52,440 nt of DNA from Corallochytrium limacisporum Hawaii. Its lineage: Eukaryota; Protista; Pluriformea. The notes under the pieces are model-generated. The model worked only from the letters and a program-made list of their open reading frames with translations. It was not told the DNA's origin and did not search any database. Shown one piece after another: positions 41,778-52,440 of the stretch (positions are counted from its first letter, which is position 1; each line of letters starts with the position of its first letter). The translations under genes and the position numbers were made by a program. The stretch is from assembly GCA_002811645.1 (NCBI GenBank), contig PDIP01000080.1, positions 59,571 through 112,010 on the forward strand, in the 5' to 3' direction.

Positions 41778-44700
41778 TTCGACAACGCTCGTCTACACTT
41801 TTTCCTCTATCGTGTTCGTTATCGCTGCTTGCACGCAATATTTGATGGTGACAGCTCGATGGAGGATCAAAGGGACCTGGGCTTAAGTACAGTGGTGCCT
41901 TTTCTACGTACAGTATCCTTTGGCACCACCTCATGCTCTGTGTTAGCTACATTTGGGTGAGGTTGTGAAGAAATGGGCTGGCCTACAGAGGAAGACACGA
42001 CCACTGGCTGATTGATTCACTGTCATAGACACACATTTCCAATGCCTCTAGCAAATGAAAGGGCACCAAAGTGAGGAAATGACTGGTAAGGTAACATTGC
42101 GGGTGGGTTGAGCCAAGGGCGCCCTCTCGGGGACCCAGGAGCGATTCTTTTGCCCTTCCGGTCTCAGTTTTTCAATAGCGAGAGGTCCTAAGAGTGAAAG
42201 ATCGGGCGACGATATCTGCCCCCACCCCTCCCCGGCCGGTTGAGGCACTGGCGTGTGGATCGATCCCTTGTCACCCCCTCCTTTCACTTCTTATACATCC
42301 TAGACTTCAATTTAGTGCCAAAACCCCCCTGAAACCCATACTGATTAGCCGGCCTGCTGTCTCGTGCTTGCATGCGGAACTCTAGGGCAACAGTTAAGTA
42401 CTGCCACCGACTTAGGGTGTCCACTGGAGCCAGGGTATGATAAATAGGCCCCAATACACTCACATCCTGCATTGTACGATAGTATATGAACTGCTTCATC
42501 GAACTGTGGAGCAGTCGGCACTAAATGGACCCCCGATCAGACACTGGCATCGAAGCTGCGGGGTAATTGGCGACAGTTCAGACAAACCAAAGACTTGATC
42601 GTCCGGCCTGATAAGTCTCTTGGGTTTCTTATTCAACCAATTCATATACTGAATGTACGTGTTTTTTTGCGGATCCTACGTTCAATGATTTGCACGGCCC
42701 CGGGAAGGCTGACGTGCGCGACTTATGAAACCCGTTGTCATAATTTTGCGAATGCTTGAGTCCCCCTCCCCCCCCCCTTTCTTCCCTACTGAGAGAGAAC
42801 TGACGGTAGGGCTAGATCCCGAACGGTGCGGAGCTATCTACGCTCATCCTCCGCTGTTTTCTGCAGAAAGAGCTTACCGCTGGGTGGGTCCGTGTACCGA
42901 TGATACGACCGCAGTCCTCGCGGTACTGAACATACTGTGCGGCCCAACGGGAGTCCAAGGTGTTTTGCAACAGCCAAACCGAGGGCATAGCTAATGAAAT
43001 TAGTGAAGGTACAGAGGCTTCCTGATCTCACCCGTCACTGTCCCCCATGGACTTTGGGTATCCCTGTATCGCAGATGTCGTGCACATGAAATCTGCCTGA
43101 CTGTCATAGACATTTCATTGTCCCCAATGACATACAGTGATGAGGGTTCGCAGCTCACAACGGCAATCGGGGTGCGCACCTTCCGTTTCATTTTTGTGGT
43201 TAAGGGTCCAGTTAGTACAATGGTCGGTCACATACAATTGACATCATTTAGGAATTCTTGCATACACAATATACGTCACCGACACAACCGTGAGCACCAT
43301 AGCAGTTGATTTAATGAGCATGGTGGGAGGGAAACAGGAAAAGAGAGAGATAGAGCTTCGCACGGGGAGTTGGCAGAGTCCAGTTTTCTTGGATTCCGTC
43401 CGCTCCTTTGCGCCATATTTCCTGATACTTGGTATAGTTCACTTTGATTGGTCTCACTTCGATTTTACGACAGCTACCGCGAACACTTGGTGGATGTTCT
43501 GCTGTGGTCTGTTCTCCGTCTCGTTCTGGCATGGCTGTCTACAGCAGGGTCCAACTTTTCTCATGGACGGCAAGACTGTTTCAGAAGGAAAAAATCAAAC
43601 AGTCCGATCCCACGTACACACAAGATGATGGCCGTTCGCCAGCTCAAGGGGGCCGCGGGTCCACTTCCATTTCTTGTTCGCCGAAGTCCTCGTACCACGA
43701 CACGTCCGTGAAGGGGGCCTCATTTCGCACGCCTTCAAATTGAACAGAATATATCTATATAGAACACTATATCATATTTCTTTCCATATTTGGGAGAGGC
43801 AAGGCTCGGGAGCGTCAGAGGACCTTTCTGCTTTGTTGCTTGGCCGTTTGGTTCCTGAAAGCATTGAACGTCGACATTGAGAGAATAATCATCTTGATGA
43901 CGTTAAAGCATACTCAAATACTACAAGCTTTCTCTCCTCTTTGTTCTTGACGAGGAGGGATGGTCATCGTACCATCCTATGGTGTGGCGGTGTTGGGTGA
44001 AGCAAGTTATGGAATAGATACCGCTGTGGAATTTGTGGCCTCGAAGTCTGACGGTACCTCGCTTCTTTGGCATAGCTTCCGTACTTGCCATTGAAGAGTT
44101 AAGTCGCCAAAATCCCTCAGACTGTGCTGGCATGTGTTTGCACCTTTCGCATTCTTCTTAGGTGATGATATATATTGTGTTGTCTTTAGGGAATGCAACG
44201 CCACCCACTCAATATAAGTAACTGACCTGGAACTCTCTTAAGACTTCCAGAGCAGCATGCTGATCAGACGCAGTCACAGTTCCACCGGTGGGGCAAGTCT
44301 TCGCATGCTCTCTTCCTTACCCCCTTCCTCCTGGATCGTTTCCGCTACTGTCCTCAGAATGATAAATTTTGGGTCTTCGCTTCTTGGTATTGGTGGAATT
44401 TTGGAGTCTTACTCGTCTTTTGCATCAGTGCAACCTGCCTGCGTTTTGGTCGGAGGGAATCCTCGGGGTCGTTTCCAAAACGTTCCACGACACGCTCCCA
44501 GATCACCGATTCAAAATTCTAACTGCTCTTTTGTGGTTATTGCCGACCGCGGTTGTGGCCTGGCCAACAGCGTCCAAAATGCAGAAGTCAGGAGATAGCT
44601 TAAACAGATTGGCAGGAATCGTATACGTAAGTCCACAGCGAAATAGGATTACAGATAAAGGTAACCGAGATCTATCAACAGCTTAATACATATATTCGAA

Positions 44701-46314
44701 AAGGGAATTTAGTGGACATACTGTATGACGTCGGGTATGAGTGACTGGCGGTAGTGCTCGTGCTGCAAAGAAACATGCTTGTCTGGTTCAGCTAACGATC
44801 AATCAGTGAGGGATCTGCATGTTTTTCTTTGGCGTGTGCGTTTATGCAAAGCCATGTCCTCTCACCGTGTTGTAACCAGTAAGCCAGAAATGACATGCAC
44901 CCGGGCAGACTGGATATCGGACCGCCACAACCAAGGGAAGGACTGGACAAAGAAAATTCTAGTAGTGGACCATTTAGTGAGATTTACACTAATAGAGGTG
45001 GTACAACAAATCATTGTCGCATACACAGCAAATATTGTTCCGATCGCAATAACATCATTGGGGGCGGAGGACTAAATTGGAAAACACTAGTTGGAAAGGA
45101 GCAAGTTTACCGACAGAGTTGCCCCGAGCTCCAAAATCAATGACAAGTATTGGTTCCGCAGTCACGCCAACCCGTCGAAAGACAGCACAAAATCAGCAGG
45201 TGAGTCACTGGAGCCCTTAAAAAGAAAATAGAGCAGAACGCGTACGCTGGAAGAATGCCTTCGATCGAAGCGAAACGCCCTGCAAATGCTCAGGATGAGC
45301 ATCAGAAGGCGAGCCACCGTCTTCGAGTGTGTACGAACCACATGAAAGTTCAAATTTCTTAGTGCTCCAGGTCATGGTGTGCTGTGGGTTGCGAGATACG
45401 GTCATCAATATTAGGGAGCCATTCTCTGCACTGTGGGGTGTCTTTCGGACGAATGTCGGAAGGGGGACCTCGTCAGATCACTAGCGCCATCGAGACCGTC
45501 GCGATCTCCCCGGGAGGAGACAGGGTGGATTAAACAGACCCCTCCCCCGTACCCGAGGTACCCAGATCATACAGAAAGTACTGGTATTCGACAGCGAGTG
45601 CCTTCAACGCCGTGTCCAAACCAGGTGCAACCGCTTTGCGGACGCAAGAATCGTTCAGTAAGGGAAACAAAAAAACAGAAGGAAAACCAAACGGATCCGT
45701 CCGAGACGGGGGCCCCTCTAAAACTTTTCCCTGCACTTTATGTACTGCAGCCAGCGCGACACACTGTTTTGACAATTCCTTTGGCGCACAGTGTCCATTG
45801 TCCTTACAGAGTCCGTGTCCGCATTGGGAAGGAAATAGAAAACCATTGCCTGGGAAGGGTGCGTGTGTGGAGGCGGAATGTTCGTGTGCTGTGTGCCGTC
45901 CGTCCAACACCATGACGGATGGTTTGGGTGGAGGTGGTAACCAAATCGAGCGTTTTGCACCCTCGATTGGGAAGGAACCTCGGGAAAGTACCAGTACCAC
46001 ATTACTCTCGGCTGTAAACCTCACAACAACTGCCAATGCCGACTGGTGAAAACAACAGTGGGCGGTAGATGATATTGAGAGACCTGTCCGTTAGGATTTA
46101 GCAGGACATGATATTGCAATCTACTAATGAGAACCGCTTGATGTAGGACATGGAAACAGAGTTGAGGACTACGGACCGGAAGCTGATGAAGCACGGTGAG
46201 AGACATGGAACAGAAAGGAAAACATTGTACCGCGCGAAGCACGATGGCGGTCTTACCCGTACACCACACTGTCAAAACAAATTAGAGACAAAAACAGACA
46301 GGCAAGTGGAGAGA

Positions 46315-46400
46315 CACAGAGAGAGAGAGAGAGAGAGAGGGAGGGAGAGAGAGGGAGAGAGAGAGAGAGAGGGAGGGGAGAGAGAGAGAAGGGAAGGAGA
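46315..46400. repeat. (GA)n purine microsatellite
   Basis: gagagagaga...gggagagagagaga. Confidence 0.85.
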
Positions 46401-48972
46401 GACGGAGAAAAAGATGAAAGAAAGAGGAACGCGATACCAAGTTCTATGTGGACCAAAGGACAGTTAGCAGGTAAAACAGGAATCAGCCACGCCCCCATCA
46501 TCTGCCAGTGTCCACATTTGAGTTTCTTTCTTTGGTATTCGGGTGGTGTTGGAAGGCCTGTTTGTTGATTAAATTTGGTGCAGTGCTATCCCGACGGTCA
46601 TGCTCGATGCGTTTAATACTCGCAGAGTTGGTCGAACGTCAGTCTGAACTCTGCTTTTGGTGCGCATAGCTGTCGCCAGAGTTTCGAGGATACGTGTTGA
46701 TATGCTTTGGGTGTGCGGCAGTGGGGCATGGTCAAGAACGTACGTAACGTCTATTTATATCTCGGGGGGATCGAAGGATGAGTATTCTTGTGCGTGTGTG
46801 CATGGCCTTTTTAAGAGGTTTTAATGGTTGGTTTCACGAGGGCTACCAGCGGACTGTGTTCCAGAGGGGCCTGATACGGGCTGGGTTGCAGAAAGATTGA
46901 CGCTCGTGATACACTCTCCATGTCGCAAAGTTGTTTCTGTATCTCACTTCCCTTTTACTGGAATAGCGACCAGGCCCAAAGGGAATCATGCTTTTCGTGC
47001 GCTCCCGCAGAGAGACTCGATTAACGTCGGTTTCACCAGGGAGTAATCGTTCGGTTGTACTCGCCAACATAGCAATAATCGAGATCGTGAAAAGGCAAAG
47101 AGGTGAACCCCATTGAAATTGGTGCATGCAAGGACTAGGAATCGGACCCGATGGATACACACAAATCTATGACGGGGTCCGCTATTGTTGGCTGTCATTT
47201 ACCTCTGCGCATAGGTTGGTTTTGGCTCCAAAGTAACATTGCAGGACGACACTTGGCTCCTCCGTTAACCAGGCTGATGGGGCAAGTAACATGGTAGGCG
47301 ACAGAGGCAGGTACGATTTGGCAGTGTCTGTCTAAGCATGTGTGTTACATATTTGATGTGTGTCGCCGTCACCAGCGTCGCTCATGCGGCCCTTTCTTAT
47401 GTGTCCTTGACATCATTTGCGCTCAATTATCATCCATCAATGCATTCATTTCTCCACAACAGCAACCCAATCATCATCTTGTTTCAGCGCTTGTCGGGCC
47501 ATCTGATGACCGACACCACAACGCCATCTTGGCTGACTGACGCTTGAACATGGAACTGGAAAACGGACCATGATCGTAGACGGGGATTGCTGAATTTGGC
47601 AGGGGAACGCAGATTGTCTACAGCATAAAAATCTCTCCCAGAATGCACAAGGAAATGCCAATTGGCCACCGTAAGTCTACCGAAAGGACAGCAACGTCGG
47701 AAAAGCTTGGATGGGGAGAGTGTTTCCCTCATACTGTCAATTCTTAAATCTCGCCCACAATCTCTCCGCATTGCATTGGCAAATTCACTCAATCTACAAC
47801 GACAATATCCCGTATCGCCGTTTGAAACGAACAAATCATTATGTTTCTGTTCCCGTTGGATGCTTGCTTGTCCTCCTGGCTACCCCGGCCCATCTCAAAA
47901 TCTCATAGAAAATTTGCACGGAGGAAGGGAGGTGACGGGGTCAAGCACTCACGAGGCATCCATCTTTCCCTGTAGAGTAAGCCGAGGCACGCTAAACGTA
48001 GGGCTATATTCGGTCTCTCCAATCTCCTTATTTTCAATCCCTCCCCTCTATCCCCTTTCCTTTTCCTTTTCCCCTTGCGCGCTGCGGTTTACTTTGAAAG
48101 TTTTTTTTCCCCCTTTGTTTTTTTTCTTCTTCTTCCAAGAGCTGGGGACCGTGCCGGTAACAAAAGGTATTTTTTCCTGCTTCATTTGACGGCGGGCCGA
48201 GAGATGCAAACATTCCATTTTCGGTTCCTCAGCACGCTGGTTAGCGATGTGATAGATCTATACATTGATTATGGAAAGTTGCATCCGAACGGAGTCTCCT
48301 CCGTTTCCAAGTGCGGGGAAACGAATCACTGCTCCGCGGGCGGGCGGGGGAGGCTGGGGGGGACGCATCCCAGGAATTTGTTATTTTTGCTGCTGAGATC
48401 AGTGCTGTTTCAGTTGCAACTGTGGTGGGTTCATGAGCCGATGGTAGTGAAGGACAAGAGGGGCAAAATAAAAGTTTAAAGGCAAATCACAAAAGACAAA
48501 AAGAACTCCAGCAATTTTTTTCAAATTGTAAAAGTTTTAAAGTTAGTTTTCCCTGTGCAAAACTACCCCAGACCCGGGGAGCACCCTGGCCGTCACGATT
48601 ACCCGAGCAGAGAGGATCCTCCTCACTCGATTCTCCGTTTCCATTGGGCTTGCGCCAATAGTTTTTCTACCTGTTTTTATTTTTTCCTTTTTGGAAATCC
48701 GGGGGCATTACCTTTGGTTGTTCGAAGTGTCACGTCGAAGCAAACTTTTAAGGTTTTAACCGAATTTCGCAAAAGGGCAAAAGCCAACTGGCACCGCCGG
48801 ACGAGACAATTTGCTAGGAACACTCCGGGGCCCCAGTGAACCACACCTTCGCTCGATAAACCCCGCCCCCTCCCCCCCCCCCCCGGGGGGGGGGGGGCTG
48901 GAGGAAAAGAGGGGGGGGGAGATTTGGCTGGAAGAAGGTTCTTTAACCCGAACAAATCCCGACTACTACCAA

Positions 48973-49082
48973 NNNNNNNNNNNNNNNNNNNNNNNNNNNN
49001 NNNNNNNNNNNNNNNNNNNNNNNNNNNNNNNNNNNNNNNNNNNNNNNNNNNNNNNNNNNNNNNNNNNNNNNNNNNNNNNNNN
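48973..49082. other. Assembly gap (N run)
   Basis: Run of n characters, plus a single n at 49191. Confidence 0.99.
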
Positions 49083-49401
49083 GAGAGCGATTGCCTTTTT
49101 TCCACAGGCTGCCAGGCGGCACTCACGCTCTATTTCGTTGCGACTGAGCAAAGAGGTCGGTCGGTTCGACGAGGGGGAGAGGAAGGGAGGNCCCACCCCC
49201 TACCCCCCCTCTTCCTGCCAACGCAACGAAACTTTTACGCGCGCGAAGGACGAAGAGAGTAGGGGAGGGAGCGGGGGAGGGAGAGAGAGAGAGGAGAGCG
49301 ATTGCCTTTTTTCCACAGGCTGCCAGGCGGCACTCACGCTCTATTTCGTTGCGACTGAGCAAAGAGGTCGGTCGGTTCGACGAGTGGGAGAGGAAGGGAG
49401 G
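49083..49401 (+). repeat. 108-bp direct repeat (49083-49190 and 49294-49401), probably a contig-overlap or allelic artefact
   Basis: Copies differ by one base. The first copy is bounded by N on both sides. Confidence 0.8.
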
Positions 49402-50350
49402 AGGAAGGGTTAGGAGAGAGAGAGAGGAAGGGGGGTAGGGGAGAAGGGGGGGGGAAAGGGAGGAGGAGAAGGGGACACAAGGAAGAAAATGTAAAAAAGA
49501 AAACAAGGCAATGGGGGTAAGGACGGTTTGGAAGTGCAGCGCGTCCTTGGTGGTGGTGGTGGTGGTGGGGGACAGAAAGGGGGAGGGGGGAAGAGTAAGC
49601 CAAACCAGACTGGCTGGGCTGGCTGCGCATTACGAGCGATGACACTTGGCGCACGGCATGCAACGTCATCGGAGACTTGGCGGCCTGGCTTTGTCGTTGC
49701 AGGTAATATGCGCGTGGAAATTGGTGTGCGTATCCGCCCCGTGCGTGAAGTAAAAAGGGTGTGAAACGGAGACGATTTTCGGGTTCATTGGAGGGCATAT
49801 AGTCGGTGTGTATTGACCGGGAAGGAGAAAATTGGGGGGGGGGGCGGTCGCGCGTGAATATACATCACTTTTTGTGATCGGCCTAATAGGTGCCGTCCAA
49901 GGAGGGCAGCGGTGGGTGAGACCACGGGGGGAAAAGAACCGGGTGATAGACTGTGTACGGGAACACGGTGAGGCTGACGCCTGTAGGGGTGCCATCCGAT
50001 GGTCAGAATATCGTGGTCTGAGGCTTTCCCATTTATTGTTATCAAGGAGCCAATGGAAGAAAGACGTTCCATGTCGCAACTCGCTCATTCCAAAACCGGA
50101 AGCTTTTGCAGGAATTACGTCTGAAGTGTCCGGGAAAGTCTTGGGACATGTGGGTGTGTGGGATCGACAAGATCAGACAACAGGCTATTTAAGAAGATCC
50201 ATCCGGATGAACAAAGCCTTTGCTGAAAGGTATTCAATACCAAACATGTTCATCACGAGGAACTTGTTTAAAAAGCACCTAAGCGTTTGAGCCTTTGTAT
50301 AGAACGCGGCCTTGTCTTAAAGAACAAACGTAGACCGGCAAGACTTCACA

Positions 50351-51343
50351 ATGGCTCCCCTCGCAGCTGCTGCCAATGCCACCGGTCAATTCTATCTGAT
50401 CAACGGCTCTGGCATCCCTGCTGGCACTTTGCACACCACTAGCATCCCTGGTTTCTTCCAACAACAAACATATGTTTACCCAAATGACACTGACAACCCT
50501 GTCGAAGCCATCATTGTCGCAACCGACGAGACACAGACTCCTTGCACGTTCGAAAACAAGGCGCTAATCATCAACCTTGAAGGGGACCAAGGCTCGCTCA
50601 ACTTGTACACCCAGGCCTCCTACCAAAATTGGGACGATACATGCAATCTGAGTATCGTCGACGCGGTTCCGGTGAACGGTTCCGCTACCAACGTATTCGC
50701 AAGCGACGAATATGTCACTGTCTGGGCCTCCGGTCTCACATCCCCAAATGGCGCCTACACTGTCTTGGCCTCTTGCAACAAGACGGACTACTTGAGCAGC
50801 CGAAGCTGTGGCGGAGTGAAAATGCATGAGCAAGAGGGTGGTTTGGGCGTTCCCTACACCGGCCATCTGGTCGCGTTCAATAATTTAGCCACCGCGCCAG
50901 GTTCTTGGTCTGTGAGCCAAAACGTTGCTGATCTTTTTGTGCACTCCGGGAAATCGTGGCCTGATTCCGAGTCTCAGACTTCCGATTTGGGCATCATTGC
51001 ACAGAGTAACAATTGCAATGGCACCGGCGAGGTGCTTATTGACTTCGACATGGGCCAGGGAACCGCCACTATTGAGTTTGAGTACACGTGGACCAAAGGC
51101 AGTGGGGCACATTGGTACTGTTATCCTAAGTTCCAGGGAGCCGGATACCTTGTAGGCGAGGACGAAACAAGCCCCTTCACCCTCAACAACGGCACGACTA
51201 ACGTCCTGGCCGTAACGTGGCCCATCGAGAACGACCAGGGTGTGCCTACCGTGCACATCTCCGCCTGTACCCAGGCAGAATGGGACAAAGACTCATGCCC
51301 GAACGCTCCCAAAGCAAAGGTTCTCGGTGGCATCAACATTTGA
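50351..51343 (+). CDS. Unknown glycoprotein-like protein with two tandem ~150-aa four-Cys domains (330 aa)
   Basis: Clean ORF with acaATGg context, 8 N-x-S/T sequons and 8 Cys. The halves align (TGQFYLIN/TGHLVAFN, NGSATNVFA/NGTTNVLA, NGAYTVLASC/QGVPTVHISAC). Confidence 0.8.
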   Translation: MAPLAAAANATGQFYLINGSGIPAGTLHTTSIPGFFQQQTYVYPNDTDNPVEAIIVATDETQTPCTFENKALIINLEGDQGSLNLYTQASYQNWDDTCNLSIVDAVPVNGSATNVFASDEYVTVWASGLTSPNGAYTVLASCNKTDYLSSRSCGGVKMHEQEGGLGVPYTGHLVAFNNLATAPGSWSVSQNVADLFVHSGKSWPDSESQTSDLGIIAQSNNCNGTGEVLIDFDMGQGTATIEFEYTWTKGSGAHWYCYPKFQGAGYLVGEDETSPFTLNNGTTNVLAVTWPIENDQGVPTVHISACTQAEWDKDSCPNAPKAKVLGGINI

Positions 51344-52440
51344 GCTTCCTGTATGTAAGGACATGATGCCATTGTCTACACTTTGAAGAGTCCATAGGAC
51401 GGGCAACGAACGATGAAGTTCCCGATGGGTGTCACGAACCCACCATATTTGTTTTCTTGTAGCATGCGTACATAAAACATACTAGCATTTGGGTCTGTTG
51501 CAAAGCAGCAGCCAAAACAAAATCCATCGATCGCTATACCAGCGTGATTCTACCATTAACTGGGTTTATCAAAAAACGCATCATACAGTCTTCTCCCGTG
51601 TACCACTTCATATGATACCTCCTGTTTTCTCATTACGCAAGCTTTCACAGCGACTCGGAAAAGATTCTACCTTCCCAGGGAGATCGGGTGTAGGCGGAAG
51701 GGGTCCGGGCCAGGAGGTCCCTTCGGGACCATAAGTAAGGACAGACGTTTAAAGATCACTTGTTTCCCGAAGAATGAGATCGATACACTCCATCAAGACT
51801 GGGAAAGTCTACCACAATGAATTCATCGAGACTTTGAGGACGTAGGGGATTTAACTACCAATTCGCTGCCCCCTTGCGACCAGGCAAAACAATGGCAGTG
51901 AGGGAGACCAAACCTTTGGCCCTGTTGACCGTCCCCCCAATGCCCCCATCCCCCCGGGGGGGGGGGCCACCGCGAGGGAGCACAGGGGGATCGCGGACCG
52001 CCGGTGTCTGCCCAATTTGGTGGACTCCACGGTAGTTTCACTATGAAAATGGCCACTTTTAACGGGAATTTGTGTTCACAAGGCTCCTTTGGGGAGAGTT
52101 TGGGCACTGCACCTCTTTGGAGTAAGCCAGAACCGTGTTCAAGGTTGGCTTAGCCTTTCCCAAGGTCTGGCCATGACAATCCATTCCTCGTTCCCAGTGG
52201 ATCAAGTCGAACCCATTTCTTCATTCTTGTTTCTTTTGGCTGTCTTATGTGCCCAGTGGCTACTGTGTCTTTCTTCTGCGGCCATCCGTCTTCACACGGG
52301 ACAAGCACACCCTCTACGTGCGCTTATCCGCTTATCACCCCCCCCACCTTCCCATTATTACTATCCTCTGCGTCGAAATATTGCTCCAAATCACATTTAA
52401 TCAACCGGAATAAGGAGGGAGGGAGAAATTCGCGCCAACC

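Noticed and set aside
40848-41960. 370-aa plus-strand ORF containing the 23-aa repeat
   Set aside because: Antisense to the precursor B gene. Paralogy, the actin match and the synonymous-change pattern all support the minus strand.
49083-49401. 108-bp direct repeat as a biological duplication
   Set aside because: The first copy is an N-bounded mini-contig differing by one base, consistent with an uncollapsed allele.

Overview
Eukaryotic, gene-sparse and almost intron-free DNA. About 13 credible protein genes are separated by low-complexity spacers (microsatellites, homopolymer runs), and there are two assembly gaps. Gene content suggests a unicellular opisthokont, probably a holozoan protist (inference only): a division-2-type chitin synthase, an FG-GAP single-pass receptor and kinase-less Tyr-rich receptor tails. 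Recognisable genes are a CUB-like receptor, two paralogous small 9-residue-repeat Cys proteins, a stand-alone Tudor protein with one intron, an acylated LURP/Tubby-C-like protein, a frameshifted 5'-nucleotidase with EF-hands, a choice-of-anchor B/LVIVD protein, an FG-GAP receptor, a claudin-like plus beta-propeller fusion, chitin synthase and a duplicated-domain glycoprotein. The most striking observation is a tandem pair of paralogues (38563-39870 and 40851-41777, minus strand). Each has a shared N-terminal domain followed by short peptides delimited by RR/KRR convertase-type sites. Two of these peptides are near-exact copies of the actin N-terminal nucleotide-binding hairpin (LVIDNGSGMxKAGF/Y). 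No rRNA, tRNA or CRISPR array was found. All family assignments are by-eye motif recognition, not database results.
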